Positions 12,233-24,680 of a stretch of 64,000 nt of DNA are shown piece after piece. Made by a program: the position numbers and the translations under genes. Origin of the DNA: Mobula hypostoma (taxonomy: Eukaryota); NCBI RefSeq assembly GCF_963921235.1, contig NC_086097.1, positions 175,586,001 to 175,650,000 on the forward strand. The letters run 5' to 3'. A model generated the notes under the pieces. That model saw only the letters and a program-made list of their open reading frames with translations. It ran no database searches and was not told the origin of the DNA. Every line of letters starts with the position of its first letter. Position 1 is the stretch's first letter.

Positions 12233-14229
12233 GTAAAGTGATCCATTTGTCTGTTTCTGTATTTGCAATGAATATTAGAAATGCATTGCAAAATAATATT
12301 TAAAGAATCAAATAATGTATACAAAGTACAGTAGACAAGGTCAATGGCAAACATGGTAAAACTAAGGACAATAATTTGAATATTTAGATTTGTAAAACAA
12401 GATTCTGCAGATGCTGGTCATGTAAATTGGAGAAATTGCTGGGCAATTCCTGCCAGATTGGGTTGGGGGAGAACTTTGAAGATTTTGGAAATATGAGTCC
12501 CCTTTTCTTTTTAATTCCTGAGTTCAATGTTTTGAGCATTTTATTTCAATTTTGCTTTAGTAAAGACTGTGCCAATTCCCCCTGTTTAACCTGTTCCTGC
12601 AGCCAATTGCCTCAATGTCAGCAGCCCTTACTTGTCAAAATCTGGAATCAAGCCGCAAACAACTCATAACCTCCAACAATCCAGTTCAACAGATCAACTG
12701 GAGTATTACCATGGGCTAAGCTGGACTGAAGGTCAGTTGGGGAGTGGATGCGGAACGCAAACAGATTGTGATATGCAGGGATCGGTTATGTTTTTGTGAT
12801 GCAGATTTGCTCAGTTTATATGTGTGAAAATTGACTGCTATTTTAGCCTCACCCAATATTTTTCTAATATTAGCAGCAAAGTCACTGAATACTGTCCTTG
12901 TAATATATTGGGGGGAGGGTGGTGGGGGCTGTTGTGCTATCTGGCTGCTAGAAATAAGATTTATTCTTCAACACGTTGAAGACTTGCAGAAAGTGAGCTG
13001 TGATTATGGATCCAAATTTCCAAATAAGTGATGGTTATACTATTTTAAAGAACCAAGAGACTGAAGATGCTGAAGTATGTAGAGCAACACCAAACTGCTG
13101 GAGGAACTCAGTGGGTTAAACATCTCAGGAGGGAAATGGAGATCAGACATTTCTGGTCCCAAAACATTGACTGACCATTTCCCCCTTGTGCTATTTTAAG
13201 GCTGACTTTTGCTTTCACAAAAACTGGACTTTAATCAATAATGTGCTAGTTTGTCAGTGCTTGGTTTAATTTCTCAACCAATTTATTTCAGCCCTCTGTG
13301 GAACCATATAGCCATTGGCCATTGTGTCCATGCTTGGAAAGAACTTTCCAGATAAATATTCCCCCAGCCCCACTAAACTCCTGCTTTGTTTTCTAAAGAT
13401 TAAATGTACCAAGATCTTCCTCATTTTCAAATGATGTAACCCTAACCAGCATCAAGTGAAAGTCAATAAATAAACTGCAGATGTTGTAAATCCAAGAAGC
13501 ACCCAGGTCAGGCAGTATGTTTGGTGGAAGAGTTATAATGTCATGCTGAAAGTCCGTTGTCAGAACTGGGAAGGAGAAAAAATAAATAACTTGCTTTTTC
13601 CAGTAAATACAATTTTCTTATAGCTTTGGGGGAAATACTTGCATTCAGTTTATAACATTTCCAGAGCACCATTTAAAATCTTGCCACATTGTGATCTTAA
13701 GTTGTGCCTCAGAAAGGTACCACTCTGTTCAGCTCTCAGAAGTTATACAAACTGCCCCATTGCCTTGCTTTCCCTATATCTGTACAAAGCGATATACAAT
13801 TTCACAGCTTGCATCCGTGCACTTAGAATCAAGTTTATTATCACTCTTATATGATGTAAAATGTGAAATTTACTTTACAGTGTAACTATGTAAAATTACT
13901 GTAATTTCTAATGAGTAATTTAAGAAATATACATTGTCATGCAGAAAGGCCAGTTATCTTTATAGCAGCTATTTGAAAGAACTCTCCAATTAGCTCCACT
14001 GTCCTGCTCCTGAAAATAGATGGAAGAAAAATAGCTGCAAGGCTGTAGCATAAAAGCAGAAAGTTGTAGACTCATTGGACTTTGTTAAAGATACAATGGT
14101 CCAATAGTCACCAACTATGTTATACTGTTCTAAAATATTTACCATTCCTATAATTACTATGTTACAGAATGTTGATGTGGCCTTTTTTCCTAAGCATCCA
14201 AAATCATTTTCCTTATAAATATGTTTCAG

Positions 14230-14384
14230 GTAAAGTTCCTCATGGGTTATCAGTAAGAGGTCGCCAAAATCTGGAAATCCAGGGACCTAGACTCAATAAC
14301 ACTAAAGAAGAGAAAACTTCTGTGAAGTATGGATCAGATCGGCGGTTAGATCCCATCATCACGGAGGCAATGCCCTTGTTAGAG
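14230..14384 (+). CDS. TRAPPC8: TRAPPC8 coding exon (window exon 6, 155 nt)
   Basis: tttcag|GTAAAG...TTAGAG|gtacag; KVPHGLSVRGRQNLEIQGPRLNNTKEEKTSVKYGSDRRLDPIITEAMPLLE; phase 1 to 0. Confidence 0.94.
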
Positions 14385-14877
14385 GTACAGGTCTATCTGT
14401 ATAATTTTAACACTGCTTAGCAACTTTGCACTCTCCAGAATTAAAAGATTTTTCTTCATATTTGTGTTTGCAACTTAAATGTGGAATTATAATCTGCATT
14501 GAAGTGGAAAATATTATACACTTGTAATCTTAGTAGAACATTTTTAGTTTTCCATGAATTAAGGATCTGGGACAAGGTTCATGCCACTTTATTCTGAACA
14601 CAGCAGTGGCGATGCTCTATCCGATAAGTCTGCAGTGTGTTGAGTGGTATTTGCTCCTTTTGAAATCAGTTCTCATTGAGCTGCTACATGGTGGCACAAT
14701 GTATGAAGGGAATGAAAGCTCTAGAATCCTTGAACCAGGAATCAACTTCCAGAATTTTAGTTTGTTCCTTTTATTATGACCTTTAAAATTATATACTTTT
14801 CATGATTTTTGAATTTTATGCGAATTCGTCAGCTCTGAGTGGAAAATATTAGACATTTTTACAAAAGTGCATTAATT

Positions 14878-15400
14878 CAGGTTGGAGGAACAACACCTTA
14901 TATTCATTCCGTCTGGGTAGCCTCCAACCTGATGGCATGAACATTGACTTCTCAAACTTCTGCTAGTGCCCCACCTCCCCCTCGTACCCCATCCGTTATT
15001 TATTTATATACACACATTCTTTTTTTCTCTCTCTCCTTTTTCTCCCTCTGTCCCCCTCATTATATCCCTTGCCTATCCTCTGGTTCCCCCCCCCCCCACC
15101 TTTTCTTTCTCCCTAGGCCTCCTGTACCATGATCCTCTCATATCCCTTTTGCCAATCACCTGTCCAGCTCTTGGCTCCATCCCTCCCCCTCCTGTCTTCT
15201 CCTATCATTTTGGATCTCCCCCTCCCTCTCCCACTTTCAAATCTCTTACTAGCTCTTCTTTCAGTTTGTCCTGATGAAGGGTCTCGGCCCGAAACGTCGA
15301 CTGTACCTCTTCCTAGAGATGCTGTCTGGCCTGCTGTGTTCATCAGCAACTTTTATATGTGTTGCTTGAAATTCCAGCATCTGCAGATTTCCTCGTGTTT
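14878..15400 (+). mobile_element. Penelope-like element 3' end (GIY-YIG C-terminus, pyrimidine-rich UTR, hammerhead module, tail)
   Basis: RLEEQHLIF..RLGSLQPDGMNIDFSNFC* matches the element at 2655-3870; ends ...TTCCAGCATCTGCAGATTTCCTCGTGTTT. Confidence 0.85.
15268..15301 (+). ncRNA. Minimal type I hammerhead ribozyme motif (PLE-associated), intact catalytic core
   Basis: GUC|CUGAUGA|A|GGGU-CUCG-GCCC|GAAA|CG|UC^|GAC: stem I GUC/GAC, core boxes CUGAUGA and GAAA, 4-bp stem II, 1-bp stem III with palindromic ACGU; predicted cut after C15298. Confidence 0.7.
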
Positions 15401-16272
15401 GCCTTAACGGAATTTGGCAGGTATATAAACTGCAAGGAAATGGATTGGTGTAGAGAGAGCAAGAAAGTATTAATGAAGCAACGATTGGATCAGCAATGAT
15501 CTTCAAAAATTGTAGAGCAGGCTTGAGTGAGCTTATTGTCCCTTTTCAGCTCATGTTTATGTTTTTAAGCATTCATATTTGAATTTATACGCTGAAGTTC
15601 TGGAAAGGCTGCTGTACTTCTGAGCAACACAAACTGCGGAGGAACTCAGCAAGCCAAGTAGAGTGGAATAAACAGTGAACATTTCGGGCTGAAACTCTTT
15701 GTCAGGACAAATGTTTATGATTTGCAGTACTTCTGAGTATGGCTAATTTCATTTTTAACATTGTATTTTATTTAAAATATGGTAGTTCAAGTTTCAATGC
15801 TGTGATGTTACAACCATGGTACAACTGTTGACATATAACATTAAAAATGCAGTGGTTGTCAACCATAAAGTAGAAAGATAAAATGAAAACAACTTGCTCT
15901 AGATTATATGGAGAGGTTATTGACACTTGGAGGAACTCGTAGAGAGTTGGATGTGAACAGGAAGTGAGTAATGTGTGGAATGACTGGGTGTTGAGCTAAT
16001 ATAAAATACAAATATTCTGTTGAGGTAGAATCTGCTATATGGATTTGAGGAGTTAAAATTATCAAATTGTCTTGATTGGAAGAGGTGTGTACATCAGTGC
16101 TAGGACAAATACACTGCTTGGCAGATAGGATGGACCTGGCTGCATTCCAACTATAGTTGGCATATATAATACAGTGCCATTCATTCAGCTGGAATCACCA
16201 TCCTGAACTGAAAAGGTAAGTGGATTTATTTCAATGTATATATCAAATAAAATTAAATTTTAGCTTCCTTAG

Positions 16273-16680
16273 TAAGAACATAAGAAATAGGAATGGGAGT
16301 AGGCCATCTGGCCCATCGAGCCTACCCCGCCATTCAACAAGATCATGGCTGATCTGTCCGTAAACTCAGCTCCATCTACCTGCCTTTTCCCCATAACCCT
16401 TAATTCCTTTACTATGTAAAAACCTATCTAACTGTATCTTAAATGTATTTAATGAAGAAGCCTCAACTGCTTCCCTGGGCAGAGAATTCCACAGGTTCAC
16501 CACTCTTTGGGAAAAGCAGTTTCTCCTCATCTCCGTCCTAAATCTTCTCCCCTGAATCTTGAGGCAATGTCCCCTAGTTCTAGACTCACCTACCAATGGA
16601 AACAACTTTCCTACTTCTATCTTATCTATCCCTTTCAAAATTTTGTTTGTTTCTATAAGATCACCTCTCATTCTTCTGAA
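16273..16680 (-). mobile_element. Young 5'-truncated CR1 3' end
   Basis: ORF 16366..16671 RGDLIET-KILKGID...RRNCFSQRVVNLWNSLP; short-repeat tail at about 16273. Confidence 0.88.
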
Positions 16681-18042
16681 ATAATTCCTTCTGTATAATT
16701 CCTTTGAACTTTAGCTCTTTGGTAATCAGAGACCAGAGGCCATTGGGGAATCTAGGCCATCTGCTGCCTGTTGCTCACAGATCATTCCAGCTCAATGCTT
16801 TCTATGAAGACGTTGCAGAGATGCTAGTTGAGTGCTGCTAAAAAGTACCAGGCTTGGAATAATACTGTACATCAAGAAGATTTAATAAACTAGCTGTAAC
16901 AGCTAAATGGAAAAATGTGGGGCTGGTCTTCAAAAGGATGAACTCTGGTCTATTAACATCTGATTTAACTAACCATCAAAAGTCAGGAAAATGCCTGTTA
17001 CATGATGGAACAGAAACTACTGCTGACCCTATGAAGCCGTAATAAATGCATTGTCCAACATTTCAAAGACATTGTCAAACAAATATTTTGAGTTGCTGAA
17101 TAATTGCAATTATTTTCATCTATTCTTTTATGATTTTGAAAATTGAACTATACATTTTGACATTTACTTGCCAATATTGAAATAAAGAAAAGACAGATTC
17201 AAAAAACTAAAGTTAATTTGTGCTGTGTCCTCCAAAGCTCTGATGCCACAATATCATACACTTTGAATTGAAAAATGGCAATTGGAGCTTTCAGTGTGAT
17301 GTGTTAGTTTATTGTTGCCATTAACTGCAGAAGAAAGGACATTAAACTTTAAAACATGCATCTATGAAATATTGCAGCAAAATATTTTTTAAAATCTGTA
17401 GCTCAGCAAATATCATGGGATTATCAATTTCATTCTTACCTGCAATAACACACATTATGGGGCAACTACAGCGTTACATCTGACAGGACTTAGATGAAGG
17501 GGTGAAAAATCTAATGCCTTGTAAAAACAAAGTAGAAGTTCTGAGCAGTTCAGATGTGCTGGCTGCTTCTCTGTGGGGTTGTTGACACTACTTTTTGATT
17601 TCCTTCATCGAACGAACTTTGAAGTTTTCTTTGTAAATTGATTTAATATTATATATACTAAGGTGCAGTGAAGATCTTTGTTTAGCACGCCATCTATTTT
17701 GATATTTCACTACAACAGTACAGGGAGAAGCAATAAATTCAGAATTAAGTTGTTATAAGTGAAGTGTTGACAGATAGTAAGGTGCAAGGCCATGCTGATG
17801 TAGACTGAGTGGTCAAGAGTCCACATTACTGTATGAGGGAACTGTTCAAAAGTCTTCCAACAGCAGGATAGACAGACAGTGCCTTTGAGCCTGGTGGTAT
17901 TTTCAGACTTCTGTATCTTCTGCCTGTTAGGTGTGGGAAAAGAGAGAATGCCCTTATCTTAGATTAAGCTGATAAGTGCTATGATATTTGTGCATCTTAG
18001 AATGTATATCATCGATTTATATTACCTTTTTTGTGCTGGCAG

Positions 18043-18485
18043 GTATTTTTCATTAACTTCCCCACTGGATTGCTTTGTGGTGAATTGAGAAAAACTTATG
18101 TGGAGTTTGTGAATGTAAGCCAGTGCCCACTTACTGGATTGAAAGTTGTATGCAAGGACCCAGACTTCTTTTCCTTTGGGAGTAAAACTGCAGCATTAAC
18201 GCCATCAAGTCCAACTGGTTCGGAAAACTGTAGCGCTTACAAGACTGTTATAACTGATTGTGCGGGCGTATCCTCAGCTATCACATCTTCAGTTTCCCCC
18301 GTAGACTTTGGAGTAGACTCTGGAAATCCACAGTGGGTAATTGACGTGCCTCTTCCTGACACTGTACTATTACCGGGGGCTTCTGTGCAGCTACCCATGT
18401 GGTTGCGTGGACCGGATGATGAAGGAGTACATGAAATAAACTTTTTATTTTACTATGAAAGTACAAAACCACATTCAAAACTGAG
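18043..18485 (+). CDS. TRAPPC8: TRAPPC8 coding exon (window exon 7, 443 nt)
   Basis: ggcag|GTATTT...CTGAG|gtgagt; VFFINFPTGLLCGELRK...LPMWLRGPDDEGVHEINFLFYYESTKPHSKL; phase 0 to 2; lies within ORF 18031..18489. Confidence 0.96.
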
Positions 18486-18779
18486 GTGAGTTTCTGTACT
18501 TTTTTTTCTTACCCGTGAAGCATATTTCACTTGAATCTGGTGGAACTGGTAACTTAAGAAGTTTATATTTACAATGTTAAGTATCATATAAGTATATTTT
18601 AAGCTTGTTTCAAAGTCCATGTCTTCCATTCTTAAAGATAAACTTCTAATTGATTAATCAGAAACTAATGTTTCATTTCTGCTGTTTTTCTTGTGATCCA
18701 GTTGATGTGCATTTCCTACAGGTTATATCTTAATCTGTGTGCCTTTCATTAATGTATAAAGGCTATTTAACATGAACGA

Positions 18780-20740
18780 TACAGCCCATAGCCTTGCGTT
18801 TTGCAGCATTTTGTGCTTCTTTGTCTTTTCACCCTCAGCTTCCCGTCCAATCAGTTCCTTGGTCTTTATGACGTTGAGGGCAAGATTGTTGTTGCGACAC
18901 CACTCAACCAGCTGATGTGTCTCGCTCCTGGACGCCTTCTCGTCACCTTCTGAAATTCTGTCAACGAAAGTGTTGTACAAATTTAAAGATGCCTTTGAAC
19001 TGTGTCTAGCCATATACTTATGCATTGGATTCAGTTCTTGCTCAGGCAGGAGTTAATTCTAGCCATGACCAACCCCTCAAAGCACTTCATAGTAGTAGAT
19101 GTGAGTGCAACTGGTAGTCAATGAGGCAGCTCACACTCTTCTTGAGCACTGGTGTGATTGTCATCCTTTTGAAGCAGATGGAAACGTCCCACATGGCAGC
19201 AGTGAGAGATTGAAAAGTCTAGCCAGTTTGTTCATACAGGTTTACAGTGCACTACCAGGTACACTATCTGACTCCTTGCAATGGTTCATTCTCATGAAAG
19301 CTGTTCTGACATTGGCCTCCATGACAGATTATCAGGTCACCAGATGTTGTAGGGATATGCACAGGGTAGCTTTTTTATTCTCTTTCAAAACGTGTATAAA
19401 AGGTGCTTGGCTCATCTAGGAATGAAGCATCACAGCCATTCATGACGTTAGGTTTCACTTTGTAGGAAGTAATGGCCTTTAAACCCTGCCAGAGCTGACT
19501 AGCATCTGATTCCATCTCTAACTTCAATCAGAATTGGGTTTTTTTTTGCTCTTAAAATGGCCTTCTGTAGGTTGTACTTTACTACTTGTATTGTTCTGAA
19601 TCACTGGGTTTGAATGCCACAGTTCCAGCCCTCAGCAGGCTCCTAATCTCCTAGTTCATCCACAGTTTTTGGTTTGGGTATATCCAGTATGTTCTCAAAG
19701 GTACTGAGTACTCATCCACTCAGGTCTTGATGAAGTCGGTGACAACTGTGGCTGATCCGAAGATAAATCCCTGAATATTAACGAGTCCATCAACTCAAAG
19801 AAATCCTGTAAATGCTCCTCCTGCCTCCCTTCACCATACCTTCTTGGTCCTCACCACTGGTGCTGTGGTCTTTGGTTTCTGCCTTTTTGCCGGGAGTAGA
19901 AGTACAGCAAGTGATTGGACTTAGCAAAGTTTCTTGATGGTAGTCTAATAACGGTCAGGTGTGTTGGCTCCTCTGGTTCCGCGGGTGATATATTGGTGGT
20001 AATTATTCAGAGATTTCTTGAAGCTGGCCTGGTTGGAATCTCTCGCAGTGGTAGGGAAATAGCACGTCATGGTGTGCTGTTTCATGACTGATCATGGTGC
20101 TGCCAGGCATTGGCCTGAGGTGTATTGTACATCGCTACCAGGATGACGGCAGAAAACTTCCTTGGTAGATAAAATGGATGACACTTGACTGCTCAATATT
20201 CCAGGTTGGGTGAGCAGAATGACACAACTGTCACGTCTGTGCACCACGATGAGTTAATCATGAAGCATACTACTCTTCCTCTACCTTTAAAAAAAAAAAC
20301 TCAACTGCGCTGTCTTTGTAGAGAATGGTGAAACCCGCAGGCTGCCTTGCTGTGTGCAAAATAGCAGAGGCAAGCAAAGTATACAGCAATCCCTAATGTC
20401 CCTCTGGTACTGCTATCTTGCTCTGAGTTCTTCAGTTGTATTTTCCAGCAACTAGCCAGCAAGGTAGTCAGGCGTAGTTTTGGGGTGGGGGGGGGCGCGG
20501 TGTCTAAGGCCTCTGTTTCAGTCATGTCTGTTGACCAGTGCGCCTTCCCCATTTCTGTTTTTTTTAAAAAGGGAACTGCACTTGTGACCTGGGTCTGTTT
20601 TCCAGAGTCTGACGTTTTTACTTTTTGGATTGATAGACTTTTAAAATGTCTTAAAACAATGTTGCTTACTGACTGTGACCGGATTTCAGCTGTGTTGGTC
20701 CAAAACAAGAATATTTGATGATTCTCATCAGAGAAGCACA
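18780..20740 (-). mobile_element. Rex1/Babar-like LINE, decayed with internal deletions
   Basis: RT C-terminus GDEKASRSETHQLVEWCRNNNLALNVIKTKELI; APE remnants read on the minus strand (ELRAR..YQRDIRDCC, VCFMINSSWC, CHPFYLP). Confidence 0.7.
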
Positions 20741-20939
20741 CAAAAAGTTGCCACTTATGAGTGCTATCTTAGACATTCAAAATGGAAATATCCTCTTGTC
20801 CACTCTATCCACACTTCCTATTTTCATTCAGTGGCAATTATACCATATTCATTCAGATCCAAAGATGAATCACTGAATATCAACCAGTCCACTGACTCAA
20901 AGCAGTCTTGTAAGTGTTCCCCTACCTTCTGTTCCCCCC

Positions 20940-22330
20940 TCCCCCCATCATGAACAAGTACAAGCCCAGAAGTCATCAAATTCTCTTCGTACATTAATCC
21001 TTTCACTCCTGCAATCATTCTTGTGAACCTCATCAGGACCCTCTCCAGGTCAGCACATCTTAATACGAAGCCCACGGTATTCCAAATGGAATCTGATCCA
21101 TGCCTAATGAAGCATCAACAGTACATCCTTTTATTGTAATCCATTGGTTTCAAGATGATTTGAAGAAGCATAGGTCTGGTCTTTGGATTAAGATTCTAAT
21201 TATGGATTGGGGCAGGCAAAGGCATTGTTTACTGGCAAAGGCATACTGAGAACTCCAGAGACCTTCAGAAGTAAATTTTGAGTACAGAGTATGTATGTTC
21301 CTTTCAGAATAAAAGGCAAGCAGAACTGGTGAATTCAGGTTTGATTTCAACATTATGTGATATTTGGATAAGTACATAGATGGGAGGGGTATGGAGGGCT
21401 ATGCTCCATGTAAAATTCGAAGGGACTATACAGAATTGTAGTTTGGCATAGTCTGGATGGACAACAGGGTCTGTTTCTGTGTTGTCATTCTGACTTTAGT
21501 CCCATCAAAATGAAGGGTAACATTGCATTTGCTGCTTTTACGCCTTTAATGCTGACGCGACCTGCAAGCTATTGTTGGGGGAAACAAGAGGGATTCTGCA
21601 GATGCTGGAAATTCATGCAACACACATCAAAGTTGCTGGTGAACACAGCAGGCCAGGCAGCATCTCTAGGAAGAGGTACAGTCGACATTTCAGGCCAAGA
21701 CCCTTCGTCAGGACGTCCTGACGAAGGGTCTCGGCTTGAGACGTCGACTGTACCTCTTCCTGGAGATGCTGCCTGGCCTGTTGCGTTCACCAGCAACTTT
21801 GATGTGTATTGTTGAGGGAATCCTGAACTAGGACTCCCAGGTCCCTTTGCACCTCATATTTCTGAATTCTCTTCAGTTAGACAATAGTCTATCCCTTTAT
21901 TCTTTCTACCAAGGTGCATAATACCACCCTTCCCTATGCTGTATTCCATCTGCCATTTCTCTGCTCATTCTACCAACCTGTCACCTGCTTCTACAGACAC
22001 CCTGCCTTTGTAACTCTACCTGTTCCACTGCCTATCTTAGTATTGTCTGCAAACTTGGCCACAATGCTATCATTTCCTTCACCTGGGTGTATAAAGTGAA
22101 AAGCTGTCGCAACACAGATCCCTGTAGAATTCAGCTTTATTTAACAAGACCCCTTTATCCCCACTCTCTCCCTTCTGCCAGTCAACCAAGCTTCCATCCA
22201 TGCCAGTGTCTTGCTTCCAATGCCATGGGCTCTTACCTTGTTTAGCAACCTTGTGTGTGGCCTCTTGTCAAAGACCTGAAAATCCAAGTCAGTAACATCC
22301 ACCAACTCATGAATCTAGCCTCAAATAATT
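20940..22330 (-). mobile_element. Decayed CR1 fragment hosting later insertions
   Basis: LERVLMRFTRMIAGVKGLMYEE; continues on both sides of the palindromic insert at 21584-21806. Confidence 0.7.
21584..21806. mobile_element. Palindromic (head-to-head) Penelope-derived hammerhead-module insertion with 14-bp TSD
   Basis: 92-bp arms (21623-21714 / 21715-21806), 7 mismatches, no loop; flanked by TATTGTTG(G/A)GGGAA at 21570-21583 and 21807-21820. Confidence 0.85.
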
Positions 22331-22869
22331 CCAACAGATTTGTCAGATCATCAAATAATTTCTGTCCTAGCGACACAAGATTTCAGACACAGTAATCCAG
22401 AAAACAAAACTGCTGAAGAAGCTGACAGTATTGAGCAAAGGGATGGTCAACATATTAGGTTGAGAACTGCATGGATTATTGTTATTGCTCTTGTTCTGAA
22501 TGAGCACTGCTCTTGATACTATCACTACATAGTTTCGTCACTTGTAAAATTAGCATTCTGGAGTAAGGTATCTGTGATCTGTACATCAAACTTCAAAATT
22601 CAATGGTTTTGCCAAATTCACTCAGTGACACAGATTAGTTATGTTCATGATATAACTAAAACATGGTTCAATTTGTTCTTGGTTCTGACCGGCTCTATAA
22701 CCTATAATGAAAATTTTTTATGCTGTGATTGGACTATGCAGGCAGTTCAAGTTTATTGCCAAAGGCATACGTATTCAGATTATGAATGGAATGAAAATTA
22801 ATCTTTTGCAACAGCAGTAGATTTCAAACATGGTAAATATAAATTACATCAACAAATTAATGTAGATTT

Positions 22870-23168
22870 GAACATAGAATAGTACAGTACAGTACAGGCC
22901 CTTCGGCCCACAATGTTGTGCCGACCTTCAAACCCTGCCTCCCATATAAGCCCCCACCTTAAATTCCTCCATATACCTGTCTAGTAGTCTCTTAAACTTC
23001 ACTAGTGTATCTGCCTCCACCACTGACTCAGGCAGTGCATTCCACGCACCAACCACTCTCTGAGTAAGAAACCTTCCTCTAATATCCCCCTTGAACTTCC
23101 CACCCCTTACCTTAAAGCCATGTCCTCTTGTTTTGAGCAGTGGTGCCCTGGGGAAGAGGTGCTGGCTA
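22870..23168 (-). mobile_element. CR1 3' end fragment
   Basis: LFPRAPLLKTRGHGFKVRGGKFKGDIRGRFLTQRVVGAWNALP; short-repeat tail near 22870-22895. Confidence 0.85.
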
Positions 23169-23312
23169 TGAGTTTGCATGAGTTGCACGACACAAACAAT
23201 CATTAGTTCCCATTAAAAGAATGGGAACTAATGGTTCCAGAGAGTGTGATGAATACCTGTGAATCAAAGCTGGTCTGTGTGAGGGAATAAATGAGAGAAG
23301 TTGGAGAAGGAA

Positions 23313-23373
23313 AATGTGACAATCTAGAATATAGAATGTGACAATATAGAATATAGAATGTGACAATATAGAA
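23313..23373. repeat. 22-bp tandem repeat, about 2.8 copies
   Basis: (AATGTGACAAT(C/A)TAGAATATAG)n. Confidence 0.85.
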
Positions 23374-24169
23374 CACAGCAGATGCTAGAGTTCTGAAGTG
23401 AAACAATATTGGAAGAGTTTGGCATCTGGACAGAGGAAAATATGAGTCATCATTACAGATGGATTATAACAGGCCAATTCAAACAAATTGCAGAGGTTGG
23501 CTATTAGAAATTATTGATGAACATTCTTTTCTGTTGGCAGTTCTTTTCTTTACCCCTCGGTCTGAGTCTTATGGGTATGCGGAATGTGGGAAATACTGGC
23601 TGGAGCTTGAATATTGTCCAGGAACTAATTAAAATAAAATACTCTGATATGCAGTCCTGTCTAGGTAAGAGAATCCAAAGGACATGCTGGGAGGGTAAAT
23701 AGACTCTGTGAATTACTGCTTGTCAGAGGTTAATGATAAATGAGTGTCTGGAAGACAGGAGCAGAATTCTGGATTCACTACTGTCTGGCACCTCATCCCT
23801 ACACTTTAATTCTAATACTCTCGAAATGAATGCTAACATTGCATTTACCTTCCTTACCAACAACTCAACCTTCAGGTTAATCTTTAGGGAGTCCTGCATG
23901 AGGACTTCCAAGTCCCCTTAAACCTTTATTTTAATTTTCTCCCTGTTTAGACAATGGTCTATGCCTTTATTCCTTAATGAAAGGGGAGTTGGGTAACTTG
24001 CCCTCTAAACTGCAGAGTAAGGGAGGAGGAGAGAGGGGTTCGGTTGGGGCTGGTGGACTGCGACAGCTTGCTGTCATTGATGAAACTGAGTTCTGAATTG
24101 TACCAGCAAATTCTACAGGAAAATGTCAGGGTATCCATCTGTGGACTGAAGCTCGGGAAAGTGGGTCGT

Positions 24170-24680
24170 ACAGCAAGACAACAACACTAAACACACAAGT
24201 CAGTCTACCAAAGAATAGTTAAAGCAGAAGAAATTCCACACTTTGGAATGGCGGAGTCAAAGTCCTGACCTTAATCCTATCGAAATGTTGTGGAAGGACC
24301 TGAAGCGAGCAAGGAAACCCACCAACATCTCAGAGTTGAAGCAGTTTTGTAAGAAGGCCTAAAATTCCTCCAACCTGATGTGCAGGAGTGATGAGCAGTT
24401 ACCAGAAAAGTTTGGTTGAAGTTAATGCTGTACAAGATTACACCAGTAACTGAAACCAAAGGCCCACATACTTTTTCCAACAAATGCATGTAATATTGGA
24501 TTATTTTTCTCAATAAATAAATAAATGAACAAGTATAATACTTTTTGTATTACTTACTAATTGGATTCTCTTTATCTTAGTTTTAGGTCTTGTGTGAAGA
24601 TCTGATTACATTGTAGGTCATACTTATTCAGAAATAGAGAAAATTCTAAATGGTTCGCAGACTCTCTAACACCATTGTAT
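24170..24680 (+). mobile_element. Tc1-like transposon 3' fragment, decayed
   Basis: QQDNNTKHTSQSTKE*LKQKK...WRSQSPDLNPIEMLWKDLKRA read at about 24171-24310, followed by a Tc1-type right arm. Confidence 0.78.

Noticed and set aside
21510..21815. Similar ORFs on both strands (AGQAASLGRGTVD...DPSSGRPDEGS), also at 15113-15407
   Set aside because: These are translations of the palindromic non-coding repeat module, not a protein family.
23313..23373. Short repeats as a possible CRISPR-like array
   Set aside because: Direct tandem units with no unique spacers, in a vertebrate intron; a minisatellite.
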